Shown here: piece after piece, positions 1-12,062 of the stretch
Layout of the letters: each line of letters starts with the position of its first letter
How positions within the stretch are numbered: position 1 is the first letter of the stretch
NCBI RefSeq assembly: GCF_001194135.2
Contig: NC_068999.1
Coordinates: forward strand, 14,729,727 to 14,769,327
DNA length: 39,601 nt
Direction of reading: 5' to 3'
Origin: Octopus bimaculoides
Lineage: Eukaryota
Position numbers and translations under genes: made by a program
The notes under the pieces: model-generated
Told to the model about the DNA's origin: nothing
Seen by the model: the letters and a program-made list of their open reading frames with translations, nothing else
The model's database searches: none

Positions 1-23
1 TATATATATATACATGTATATGT

Positions 24-90
24 ATTCGGCGGGCGTTTCCAAGTTTCCGTCTACCAAATCAACGCACAACGATTTGGTCGGCCCATAGCA
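24..90 (-). mobile_element. SINE family A fragment (left half)
   Basis: gtttccgtctaccaaatc...ttggtcggccc matches the reverse complement of the family A segment ggatttggtagacggaaa seen in the copy at 17264-17615. Confidence 0.7.
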
Positions 91-104
91 AATGCAATAA
101 CACT

Positions 105-706
105 CATGTAGGTGTTATACCTAGGGTACCATATATTTGAATTTGTACAGTGTTGTTCAAGTGAATGTTTAAGAAACCATAATAAAATCGTGTGTTTATT
201 TTAGAATTTGAGATCACATAGACAGTATTTTACGTAGGTTATGGGCAGTACCCATGAGCACTATCGTTTGAACTTCAGCCATTTTGGGGTTTCCTGGTAT
301 CTGAGCTAGTTAGTAATCAGCCCGTTTTACTCTCATTTCCAGGGCACCTATGACAATAGGTATTGTTTTAGTCTTCAGGTTCCACATTTTGCTAATTTCT
401 ATTTCAAGATCTTTATATTTGCTCAGTTTTTGGTAGGTATTGGCAGATACGTTTATATCGATTGGGACCGTCATATCAATGAGGAGGCATAATTTTTGTC
501 TGAAGTCTTTCTGTATGATGTCTGGCCTATTTGCATCTATCTTTCTGTCAGTTTGAATGGTGAAGTTCTACAGGAGTGCGATGTGATCATTTTCAAGTAC
601 TGGGGATGGTTTGTGTTCCCACCAGTTTTTATCATAGGGCAATAACAGGTTTTTGCATATTACCCAGTGAATATATTGTGCAGCTCTATCATGCTTCTTG
701 AGATAT
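105..706 (-). mobile_element. 5'-truncated R4/Dong-clade non-LTR retrotransposon 3' end (restriction-like endonuclease domain plus 3' UTR), decayed
   Basis: Manual minus-strand translation of 706-214: YLKKHDRAAQYIHWVICK...WWEHKPSPVLEND...L*NFTIQTDRKIDANRPDII.KD...CLLIDMTVP...KLSKYKDLEIEISKMW...TIPIVIGALE...VLMGTAHNLRKILSM*. It shows the (R/K)HD, PD..D and K..KY motifs of RLE domains, with two in-frame stops. The IHW..C/W.EH.P/NRPD/PIVIGALG pattern is typical of R4/Dong elements. Confidence 0.85.
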
Positions 707-717
707 TATTATTATTA

Positions 718-800
<83 letters not shown>
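705..800. repeat. (TTA)n microsatellite, about 32 units
   Basis: Directly visible, with a single interruption near 719. Confidence 0.98.
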
Positions 801-802
<2 letters not shown>

Positions 803-2307
803 CTTTCATCTTCTCTTCATTTTTCTTCGCCTCCTCATAATCCGCCTCCTTTTTCTTCCACCTCTTCGAATTCATCCACTCCACTCTTCCCCCTATAATC
901 TCTACCCTACTTACTTATCTCATAACCTAACTTCAGTTTTCTTGCCTCCCAATATAAGCCAATGGCACAAAGTCTGGATGAGCCAACATCTGATGAAATA
1001 CCACTCTAATTTGTAAAACTGAAAAGATTACGTATATCTTCGCTCCGAATTTTTTGGCGTAAACTGGTGTTGCAAGCAGATTTGGTACAGGAACAATTGT
1101 AAAGAATTATTAAATTTGTGTTAAAAGATTATTTTTGTGATCGTCTTATTATTGGGATTGTTTACTCTTCGTCAAACTCTCTTTACGTTGCAGAGGAATA
1201 CCGACATTTCCTGGAACCAGACAGTATTGTCAGCTTACAATTCAGGTTGAGCGCTTCTCTGGAAATATCCTGACTTTACTCCCTAACACGAACGAAGACT
1301 ATATACATACATATGTTTGTGGAGGTGCTCGTGTGTTTGCGTGTTGTGTGTGTGTGTGCATGCATGAATATATTTCAGTGTTTCTACTCTTCTCAGATTT
1401 AAATTTCACAAGGAACGTTAAAGTGTTCGTTCGAAAATTTGTCATAGTCCTTGGCATATTAAACTTTAAAAGTGCAGATAATATAGTGCATAAATATCGT
1501 TCGATGGTTTTGAATGTATGTAAATGATGAATAAATTATCTTCTAAATTAGTTTTCGTTAAACAAATATATTCCCAGAATACGAAATATTATCAGCAGAA
1601 TATACTTTTGCATTTTAATGTATTGATTTCTAAAGACAAATAATTTAATGAGAGCTTTATAAATGTAAGTCCTATATGAACGGAGTGTATAGATTTAGAA
1701 TGTTGTTTTGCATACTTACTGTCGATGTATGCTAATTCTAGCACAAAACTTGCCGACACCTGAATACAATTACCGTTATCTTTATTAGAAAATAGTGATA
1801 TTCGTGTTACTTTGAAATATTGTTTATCACAGAAAAAAAAGAAACGTTCAGTAACACGTGTGCAGATATTGAAATTGAATGAGACGTTGACAAAATCAAT
1901 TTTGATTTCTAGGCGTCTATTGTTGCGAGATCCCAAAATGATATTGTATACATGCCAAACTTCTATTGATAAAGCAGCAACGATAATTTCCCCCCACCCC
2001 ATGTAAATGCATAGGTGTGAATCTTTCTCTCTCTACCTATGTATCTATCTATCTCCCCCACTCTCTTTGTAATACACACACACGCATAAAACATATGTAT
2101 AATCCTCCAAAACAAAGCAAACACGAGAAATAAAACAACAACGCGAGGACACGTACATGCAAAGTATTAGCACACGCTCAGGGAAGGAAAGAATACATAT
2201 ATGGCTTACAAATACTTTCCAAGGTGCAATTGTTTTCGTTCCAGCACACGATCTCAGAACAGATCACTTGCTATGCAAATTCATCACCGTTATATATATA
2301 TATATAT

Positions 2308-3053
2308 NNNNNNNNNNNNNNNNNNNNNNNNNNNNNNNNNNNNNNNNNNNNNNNNNNNNNNNNNNNNNNNNNNNNNNNNNNNNNNNNNNNNNNNNNNNNN
2401 NNNNNNNNNNNNNNNNNNNNNNNNNNNNNNNNNNNNNNNNNNNNNNNNNNNNNNNNNNNNNNNNNNNNNNNNNNNNNNNNNNNNNNNNNNNNNNNNNNNN
2501 NNNNNNNNNNNNNNNNNNNNNNNNNNNNNNNNNNNNNNNNNNNNNNNNNNNNNNNNNNNNNNNNNNNNNNNNNNNNNNNNNNNNNNNNNNNNNNNNNNNN
2601 NNNNNNNNNNNNNNNNNNNNNNNNNNNNNNNNNNNNNNNNNNNNNNNNNNNNNNNNNNNNNNNNNNNNNNNNNNNNNNNNNNNNNNNNNNNNNNNNNNNN
2701 NNNNNNNNNNNNNNNNNNNNNNNNNNNNNNNNNNNNNNNNNNNNNNNNNNNNNNNNNNNNNNNNNNNNNNNNNNNNNNNNNNNNNNNNNNNNNNNNNNNN
2801 NNNNNNNNNNNNNNNNNNNNNNNNNNNNNNNNNNNNNNNNNNNNNNNNNNNNNNNNNNNNNNNNNNNNNNNNNNNNNNNNNNNNNNNNNNNNNNNNNNNN
2901 NNNNNNNNNNNNNNNNNNNNNNNNNNNNNNNNNNNNNNNNNNNNNNNNNNNNNNNNNNNNNNNNNNNNNNNNNNNNNNNNNNNNNNNNNNNNNNNNNNNN
3001 NNNNNNNNNNNNNNNNNNNNNNNNNNNNNNNNNNNNNNNNNNNNNNNNNNNNN
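2308..3053. other. Assembly gap, the largest of 14 (others: 8027-8637, 10674-10700, 12100-12605, 13692-14219, 15651-16303, 22616-22949, 25619-25679, 27810-27930, 29565-29574, 32515-32764, 34470-34740, 35510-35535, 37560-38080)
   Basis: N runs counted directly; total 4665 nt. Confidence 0.99.
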
Positions 3054-3195
3054 GTGTGCGTGTGTGTGTTAGTGTGCGTGTTAGTGTGTGTGTGTGTGTT
3101 AGTGTTTGTGCGTGTGTGTGTTTGTGTGTGTGTATGTCTCTGTGTGGGTGTATGTGTGTGTGTGTGTGTGTGTATGTTCGTGGGTGTGTGTGTGT
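3054..3195. repeat. Imperfect (GT)n microsatellite flanking an assembly gap
   Basis: Directly visible. It is representative of many (TA)n, (CA)n and (TATG)n tracts (for example 7660-7745, 7885-8026, 10700-10890, 19610-19710, 23400-23585, 35375-35470, 39360-39601). Confidence 0.95.
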
Positions 3196-3576
3196 TCGTA
3201 AATTAGCTGTTCAGCAAAAGGGTTCGATATAATAATTACCAGGCTGAATTGGTAGGATTATTGTCGGTACAGCTCTGTTAACGTTGTTAAAATAGTAAAA
3301 TAGTTAATGTGATCTTAAGGTGAACACTTCTGAAGAAAAACCTTATAATCACGTTGCCCATCTTTGATTACTTTGTTAATGCTCACGTTTTGGACGGTAC
3401 ACACTTACACGCAAACCAATATCTATTTTCATGTATGATGTTAAAATGTTTCCTACAATTTTAGGACGTTGAGCGAGAGAGGTCAGGCTATTTAAAGTGA
3501 CATTTATAATTGCAGTATTCATAAATTCATTCATCAAACAAACACCATTATATTCTTTTGATAGCATACATTAGAG

Positions 3577-3827
3577 CAGTGATCCTCAAATATTTCTTGC
3601 CTATGGCGAAGTTCGATTCCAATTATATTCCAAGAAGGATATCCCTCGTAGGCATTCAATGTCTAAAGTTTCCTATTGTTATGATTGAATGTTATTAGGA
3701 ATTGAATGCAAAAATGTTTAAACATTATTTGTAGAAATATAACCAGTTTAGTGCACATGAGTGTTAATAAAAAAAAAAACTTACATGTATCACAAAGGGC
3801 GGTATCAACCCCTGTAGAGAAACACTG
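3577..3827. mobile_element. Non-autonomous hAT-type (Charlie-like) MITE, old
   Basis: Termini CAGTGATCCTCAAA ... GTAGAGAAACACTG form an imperfect CAGTG-type TIR. The 8-bp flanks CATTAGAG and CTTTAAAC match at 5/8 and loosely resemble the NTCTAGAN target consensus. Confidence 0.55.
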
Positions 3828-6800
3828 CTTTAAACCACATTCGTATTAGTGACACAGTGACATTATTACAAGCCTTAATCTATTTATAAGAATGATAAGA
3901 TGAGCATCAGAATAAAAATCGATTAAAATATTTCGATGCGATTTCGTGAGAACTGGTATGAAATGCCAACGGAAGAAATGAAATCTCTTTACTTTTAACG
4001 CGGAAATAATTGTGTACTAGTCATGCGCCTTCTTGACTCTACGTAAATAAACTAACAGCTAGGGTACATTAAATTGCTCTCAAAGGAATCAACATCATAA
4101 AATATAATAAAGTTAAAACAAAACATATTTTGTCATCACAGTTTTAATGAGTATTCACTTTGAAAGTGCACTGAACACACTCTCGCATTAATTGTCATTA
4201 CACCCTACTCAATTATTCAGTCAATAAATTCATAGTTTTTGTTGATGTTGAATTTTTTGACTCATATAGATTTAAAATTATTACTATATTTTTTTTTTCA
4301 CCTGTCGCTGCAATGATAACGATCAATATGAAGGTGTGCATATTGTTATGAAAATGCAGAATGAAATAGTTTGTTAATTATTAGGTTAAAGATCAAATTG
4401 TATTATATTCGTAAAATTTGCTGAAAATGCTACACAAAACAAACAAATATTATACATGTATAGAGTACATTTGCACTTTCTACCTAACCCAGATATTCAG
4501 TTAGCATACCAAGTTAAATACGACAGCAACAGATCCATAATATATGTGGCTGCCTGTCAGGGTCCCTTGCTGTTAGTATGCACGTATGATATTAGGCATG
4601 TGTATCAGAATTAAATCATTGAATTTATAATAATTATGGCAGTGTAACTATAAACAGTCACTCACTATTATTTAATAATCATTGCACTTTGCTGTTGAGA
4701 TATTTCGATCCGTAGATTATCATCTCAATATTTTTTCGAATTCACGCATTACTCAACAGTCAATACATTTTATGGTATGTTACCTAAATCATAAACTGAA
4801 TGCCAATTATTTACCTAGATCAAATTTACCTATTCTATAGATTACAAGCAAAAAGGTAATGAAAATAACTTTAAAAAGTAGAGATTCTCAGCCGAGGCGA
4901 CAGTGAGTGATCAGATACAGAAAAAAATATCCTTAGTTTAAACGCAAGTTGCATTATTTTTACTACACATCGTAGAATGAGTAAAAAAAGTTCTTAGTAT
5001 GATATTCGTCTGAGAACTATGATATATGAAGGAGAAGTAACAAGATATAACAAAGGAATAATATATGGCCAGGAGGAATACATATATATATATCGAGAGA
5101 CACTGAGTGAGTGAGAGGGAGACGGAGGGAGAGAGAGTGAGATAGGCGGACTCTACAAATTCTGTTTGACATTAAACTGTCAAAATGTGATGCTAAAATT
5201 AATAGGATGATATAAATATGATAACGTACACAAAGAAATAATTTCAAAGCAAGTCCAGTTCAATACAGACAGACAATGACGCACACAACCATGAAGATAT
5301 ATATGGGCGTGTGAGTCTGTGACTGTGGGGAGGGAGAACGCTGTACATATTTTTTACAAATATATGTACAAACACACACACTCACACACGCTCACACATA
5401 TAAGTATATATATATATATATTGGCATACAAAATGGATACCCGGTTGTAGACACACATACTCTCATGTACTTGTATGTTACATGAATAGATGAACACGAG
5501 CACACGTCTATATGTATGTCTTATATTGCATGTGATTGTGTGTGTGTCTGCACTGAGTATAATCTTCAGCAACTAGAGTGGTTTCAGTCCTATATATTGT
5601 CAGTATTGCACTTACTATATTCTTCACGCCACACATTGTCTACAATACAAGTTGTAGCCTTTTGTTTCCTTTTTCTTCGTGTTTTGTTGTTTTTAGCTAC
5701 TGTATTTATGAATGAGAATAAATAGAGAATATGTTTCTAGCGTCCCACAACACCACTCAGAAACAGAAATTAAGGTTTTTATCTTGAAGTTTTCACGCTT
5801 CAGTTGAAGCTTATTTTCTCTAGCGCACCTAAGTGATAAACACCGGAAAAAACCGGACGAATAAAAGACGCTTCGTATAGAATAATTTAAATATATATAG
5901 GAATATGATGCAAGCTCATGTGCTGAGAAGTTTGTAATGTTTGCTCCGAGTTCCCGCAATATTTTTTCACATAAATATGACAACCTGTGTTTTTAGTCGT
6001 GTAGGTGTCCCTATACAAATTGCATTATAAAAAGGCTGGTTGGGCGATTTGTTAATGTGAGAGATAAAATGTCTTCTGTGCATTTTACGTCGTAGTCTCC
6101 CACTCAGTTTCCAAGACTATGAACTATGAAACAGATACAAGCAGCTGATAACTTGCCTATGTTGTTGAAAATCGCAAAATTCAGAAAATCTCCAGCAGGC
6201 TGGTTATACATGCTATTCATGGTCAAATATAGGCTAAATGATAATCAGCAAGAATAAATACTGTTTTAATTTTACGTTTGTATTCTAAATCTGAGAAATA
6301 GAGGGGATCGATGAAGAAGCAGGCAGAATGCATAATGTTTTTGCCAATGGTCATCCTCCACATGTTACCATAAAGAATGTTGGAGGAATTGGCTACTCTC
6401 TTTCCCAAAACAAAGCCTATAATGTTTCATTCTACTTTAGGAAATTCTGAAATCTCTTATCAACATTGGCTTAATGATTCTCCCAAGTCGCAACAAAATG
6501 AAATGTTTTCCCAGATCGTCTGGTTTATCTTGAATTGTGTTTTTCTCATCAACATCTTCGCACTTCGTATATAACGTACTAGACTATCCAATGCTATCAT
6601 ACAGAAAGCTCAGTAACGCGCTAATTTCTTTTCCAGAAAAAAAAAAAAACCTAAGCATATAATGTTTCACTCACTTTATGAAACTCTGAAATTTGTTATT
6701 AACATTGTCTTAACTGTGTGTGATTTGAAGGAATTTTTATTTGAATATTTCTAGGTCACAAAAATCGATGAAAGCCTTCTAGCCTTGACCAGCCTATTTT

Positions 6801-7984
6801 TTTCTCAGGTTTTACATACCCTAATGCACCGTTTTGTTGATAACGTCATAGGATTAGTATCAGCTTTTGCTACTGCATGTACTTCAGACTACAACACAGG
6901 CACTAGTGTGATGACTTAGGCAGCATATTAGCTTTGTCCGATAACTATCACAATCACTTGAAGCAATGATTATTCAAATTTCTTTTTACGCTTTGCTTGC
7001 ATATGATGGACGACAATTCTAAGGAATTTTTCGTAACGTTCTTTTGTGTGTATCACTTTTCAGAGATATGGCGTCTAGTGTATTCATTTGGAGCGACCCA
7101 TCAAAAGTCTTTACTTATTAGGGTTGAGAAAGTGTCTTAGCTTTTCTTGAATCAGATCAGCTCTGATCAAATATACGTACATCAAAAAGTCATTTCTGGC
7201 CGTTCCAACAATATTATCATTTGTGGCTCTTCACTATCAATGTATTAGTCAGATTTCTAAAAGTGCAGAGTGCGTGATTTGAAGAAGATCTGATTGTTAT
7301 ATTTAGTAGGTCGATGGATTGCTCATAAGATGACATCGGTTTACGTTCGGAAGGTGCCCATGAGTCAAAGGTTATATTTTTGTAAATCTAAGTAAAGTGT
7401 GGATGTACATAAACAGGATCTAGATAGTATGTTATGCAAATTTCAATAAAGCTACCTTTCAATATATTGCTCATTTGACAGGAAATATGTAACTCTTCCA
7501 ATCTGTATTTGAATTCCCTCTTTAGTACATATCTCATAAATATAGAGTATGCTATTAAAACAATTCATCTGTTACCCACGAGCTATAAAGGAACAGTAAT
7601 AAGAATTAATAAATGAACAATTCGTTGCCTCCAGTTTTGCATATTTATCAACTAAACATTCTCCAATATGTGTGTGTATGTATGCATGCACATATCCATG
7701 TATGCATATATGTATGTGTGTATGTAAGAGAGTATATATGTGTATATGTATTATTCTACGAAATTAAAAGATAATCATGTCAATTTCTAGATACAAATAT
7801 AATAAAGTACACGAAATATATTCAATTTTCCTCTCACACTACAAACATTCTCTCATTCATCTACTCTGATGAATTTATACTTATACACAAACACATGCGC
7901 GCGCACACTCCCCAACACAAACACACACGCATGCACCTGCACACACATATGTATGATATGTGTATCTATATTGCTGTACATGTA

Positions 7985-8026
<42 letters not shown>

Positions 8027-9036
8027 NNNNNNNNNNNNNNNNNNNNNNNNNNNNNNNNNNNNNNNNNNNNNNNNNNNNNNNNNNNNNNNNNNNNNNNNNN
8101 NNNNNNNNNNNNNNNNNNNNNNNNNNNNNNNNNNNNNNNNNNNNNNNNNNNNNNNNNNNNNNNNNNNNNNNNNNNNNNNNNNNNNNNNNNNNNNNNNNNN
8201 NNNNNNNNNNNNNNNNNNNNNNNNNNNNNNNNNNNNNNNNNNNNNNNNNNNNNNNNNNNNNNNNNNNNNNNNNNNNNNNNNNNNNNNNNNNNNNNNNNNN
8301 NNNNNNNNNNNNNNNNNNNNNNNNNNNNNNNNNNNNNNNNNNNNNNNNNNNNNNNNNNNNNNNNNNNNNNNNNNNNNNNNNNNNNNNNNNNNNNNNNNNN
8401 NNNNNNNNNNNNNNNNNNNNNNNNNNNNNNNNNNNNNNNNNNNNNNNNNNNNNNNNNNNNNNNNNNNNNNNNNNNNNNNNNNNNNNNNNNNNNNNNNNNN
8501 NNNNNNNNNNNNNNNNNNNNNNNNNNNNNNNNNNNNNNNNNNNNNNNNNNNNNNNNNNNNNNNNNNNNNNNNNNNNNNNNNNNNNNNNNNNNNNNNNNNN
8601 NNNNNNNNNNNNNNNNNNNNNNNNNNNNNNNNNNNNNTAAATTATCATTGTTTTAAATACAATTTGAACGGAGTTTAAGTTTGAAATAATAACGAAGATA
8701 AAAGTAGTACATATTTAACCGTTGTAATAGTTAAAGCTATACTATTTAAAACTAAAGACGTTTATTTAATTATCATTAAAAATCAATTGGATAATAGAAA
8801 AATACAAGAATATTTATTTCTCTTTAGTAGAATCAGTAGTTGCCATCACTCCGAAGACTTAGCAGGTTGTGTAATGGGTAGTATGTATGCAGTTTCACTC
8901 TACTCATCTATAGACATAAATTATTCCGTGGAAAAAATGTCTTGAGATTATCTGTGAGAGTGAGGTAGAGTTCTGTGAAGACAACACGAGGGAATTGAGC
9001 CTCCTTAAATTAAGCTATGACTGAAACTATCTTGAC

Positions 9037-9336
9037 CAGTCTTTGCCGAAGTGGGCGGCATTGAATCCCCCCACCGACGGCGGTGGGAAGTTTCAAGGGG
9101 GCGTTGAAGAAAAGTGGGGCGGTAATGGGGTAGCGATTGATGTAAAATGTGGGGCGATAATAGAGTAACGATTCGTGTAACAACATCAAAATAATGGTTA
9201 AGTTTATTTGCGAAATAAATTAGTTTTGAGTTTGCTTCAGAAATAGGTATATGTGGTGATTAGTTGGGGCGGGGGCGCTTGGAATGTGACCGGGATATCT
9301 AGGAGGCGGCAACACAAAGAAGTTTGGGAACCACTG
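9037..9336. mobile_element. Non-autonomous hAT-type (Charlie-like) MITE
   Basis: Left end CAGTCTTTGCCGAAGT; right end AAGTTTGGGAACCACTG (reverse complement CAGTGGTTCCCAAACTT). The 8-bp flanks ATCTTGAC and AGCTAGAC match at 6/8. The interior is GC-rich with GGGGCG motifs. Confidence 0.65.
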
Positions 9337-9351
9337 AGCTAGACAATAATG

Positions 9352-9560
9352 ATTCTGCTCTACGGGTCACAGAGGGGGAAAACCACGCACCATCATTTCA
9401 GCAGTGAAGAAAATCACCGCAGAGTGCTGGAGTGGCTGAATCATACAGATCCATAACTCTGAAAAAAACATTCAGGCAGAAAGAATGATTGCACATGTAC
9501 TAAAGGCTAGCACTAGAACCACCTTGAAGAACGATATAGTAAATTTTAACAGTGAACTAT
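9352..9560 (+). mobile_element. Decayed RTE-like LINE ORF2 C-terminal remnant
   Basis: Translates ILLYGSQRGKTT...EENHRRVLEW, resembling the post-RT LINE motif (V/I)LLYGSETW.TT...CLRRIL..W. Identification is by eye only. Confidence 0.45.
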
Positions 9561-11509
9561 ACATAGGGAAAATATAGAAAGCACAGTTACTGGTGTCGGT
9601 GTGGCTGAAGATGTAGCTAGACATAGGATTTAACACTCCAAAGGCACAAATTTCTGACGATTAAGAAACGCGCACTGTGAATGTAACGAATCGAATAAAA
9701 ATAGGCCTTAAATGGCATGAACCACAAAGCAAGAACAGATATCTTGCTATCAACTGATTCCGTCTTTTGTACGGTTTAATGAAATGATTATTTTGAAAAA
9801 TAGATGAATAAACTAAGCTTGGATGTCGATCCTTAGAGTAATAGCGCAGAACATGTAAAGTCAGCTGATACCAAGATATCGGGTCTTGCTTTGTGGTTTC
9901 AACAAAGTAGCGACTATTTTCTACTCTATTCGCTTCATGCATACACCGTGAGTGTCTCTTAATAGTAAGAAACCTATGACATTCGGGCGTTAGATCTTTT
10001 TGTAGCAACTGGTATTCGGTGCCCTAATTCAATTATATAGTTTACCTGTATATGTGTATATATATATATACAACTATGAACGAAAAATACATATATGAAA
10101 TATGCATTATAATATATATACACACACAGAAGGTATACATATATGTGGTAAAGTTATTTTGTGAGCACTTGGTTGCATATGATTGTAAATATAAGTTTGT
10201 CGTTTATTTTTACCTGGATTTACTTTGTTTGACCTCTTATATTAAGTTGAAACAGTAAATCTGTTGTTATCGTTTTCTGAGGAAGCTTCCAAGCCATAAA
10301 TGTTAGTGTGTTAGAAAGAGCTTCCTGCACATTTATCATGTATGCTTTTAGGAAAAAATATTTTTGCTGCATTCTTTAGATTTTAACATTTTATCAGCAG
10401 TTCACTATGTTAGTAGTTTACCGCACACATACTGCTACGTCCTATTTACTATATGAAAATATGTGCAAACTTACTTGACACAGAATGTAGGATAAATTTT
10501 TCTACACGTCTATATGCATAGCATGTTTTATTCTATTTAATTTCAATTTATCATGGAAAATACTGCAAGTATTACTACACATTTTCCAGTATATGAGGCA
10601 AAGGTTCATAGAATGACGCTACTATAATGTAATATAAGCATGTAGATACACGCATACATACATACCAGCATATNNNNNNNNNNNNNNNNNNNNNNNNNNN
10701 AGAGAGAGAGATATATACACACATAAATACATACATATGTACATATATACATACCAGCATATATATATACACATAAATGCATACATATATACGTACATAC
10801 ATACACACATACCTATATATATATATACACACACATACACATATATATGCGTGTGTGTGTGTGTGTGTGTGTGTTTGTGTGTGTGTATAAGTATGCTCTT
10901 GTGATCTGGTATTTTATTAGATATGAATAGGATCTCACAAGTTCCTCTTCATTTTCAGTCAAGCTTGTTAGAGAAAATGCCACAAACTGTCTCCATTAAC
11001 GTAATTAAATTGCTTCATGGAGGTCGAAACATTTTTTCCAAAACATTTCAATGCGAAAGCTTACTTAATATTTATAACAATATATACAGCTTCAACAGGG
11101 AACACAAATTCAATTACAATATTGTAATATTACATATGCGTTGCGTACATTAATGTATGTGCATTAAATATACTTAGATGTACCGTTATATTCACACGCT
11201 TTAGTATCATGGCATCTTAAACATTTCTCAGAAAAATAATTCATGTGCATATTTAACAATTGCTCATTTATATTTATTCCATGGGTTATTTTAGTATACA
11301 ATTAATGATGTTCAAGAAATGATTACCGCTAACTGTGAGAAAACACACTTCATAGAGTACATTAGTGAAGTGTTAGGATAAAATGAGTCTTAATACATAC
11401 AAGCAATATACAGTAAATTGCTGGAAACATAGAAGGTAAACACAATTATAATAATAAGAATAATGATTTAAAATGTTGGCACAATGCCAGCAATTTTGGA
11501 GGAGAAAGT

Positions 11510-11630
11510 CAGGTATTTACTTCGACCCGCGAAATCGACTGCTACTTTTTTTTTTTTATCGATTCCGAAAAGACGAGAGGCAAAGTCCAATTCGGCGAAA
11601 TTTGAGCTCAGAACATGATGTCGAACGAGG
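11510..11630 (-). mobile_element. SINE family B fragment
   Basis: ttatcgattccgaaaagacgagaggcaaagtcc...aaatttgagctcagaac matches the reverse complement of the copies at 16304-16670. Confidence 0.7.
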
Positions 11631-11644
11631 TGTGTGAAATCTGG

Positions 11645-11815
11645 AAGGAGGGGACAAATCGATCACATTGACCCCAACGTTTCACCAGTACTTAATTTAT
11701 CTGTCCCTGAAAGGATTAAAAGCAAAGTCGAACGCGGTGGGATTTGAACGCAGAACATAAAGAGGGATGAATTGTGGGTAAGCATTCTGCCTGGCGTGTT
11801 AGTGACTCTACGTTG
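11645..11815 (-). mobile_element. SINE family B copy
   Basis: Contains tcgatcacattgacccc, cagtactt, aaaggattaaaagcaaagtcga, atttgaacgcagaac and aagcattctgcctggcgtgttag, colinear with the copies at 16476 and 25735. Confidence 0.8.
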
Positions 11816-11969
11816 ACAATGACGAGGATAATGACGATGACGACGATGATGATGACGATGATGATGATGGTGATGATGCAATGATAATAGGGGTATGGCA
11901 GAAGGCTAGCGATTTTCTTGGGGAAGGGTACATTAACAGCATGCACCACGTTCATATGCTTGTACTTAC

Positions 11970-12062
11970 TTCATCGGGCGGAGTTGAGCTCAGAACGTAA
12001 AGATGCAGAAGAGATGATGTTAATTATTTTGTCTGTCGCGTTAATGATACTTCCCGGTCACT
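11970..12062 (-). mobile_element. SINE family B head fragment
   Basis: gttgagctcagaacgtaaagatg matches the B-box/head region of the other family B copies. Confidence 0.55.

Noticed and set aside
660-898. Poly-Asn and poly-Tyr ORFs
   Set aside because: They are translations of the (TTA)n microsatellite and the adjacent CT-rich low-complexity DNA.
1592-2002. 136-aa minus ORF as a stand-alone gene or L1/Tx1 RT relic (IKIDF)
   Set aside because: No KAFD, QG or YADD motifs follow, and the composition is typical of AT-rich non-coding DNA.
2157-3232. Long ORFs spanning N gaps (also 7869-8678, 11918-12745, 13492-14507, 15622-16386, 22486-22990, 32470-32965, 34214-34834, 37488-38210)
   Set aside because: Their length comes from X codons and flanking YI/VC/HT dinucleotide-repeat translations; these are assembly artefacts.
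6300-6450. Open frame GIDEEAGRMHNVFANGHPPHVTIK, faintly like the Penelope EL..F..NGYP motif
   Set aside because: A single weak motif with no neighbouring support; left unannotated.
9654-9672. CTGACGA-TTAA-GAAAC hammerhead-like core (also CTGATGA at about 990 and 25506, and on the minus strand at about 27512 and 30630)
   Set aside because: No stem II, or no pairable stems I and III, could be built.
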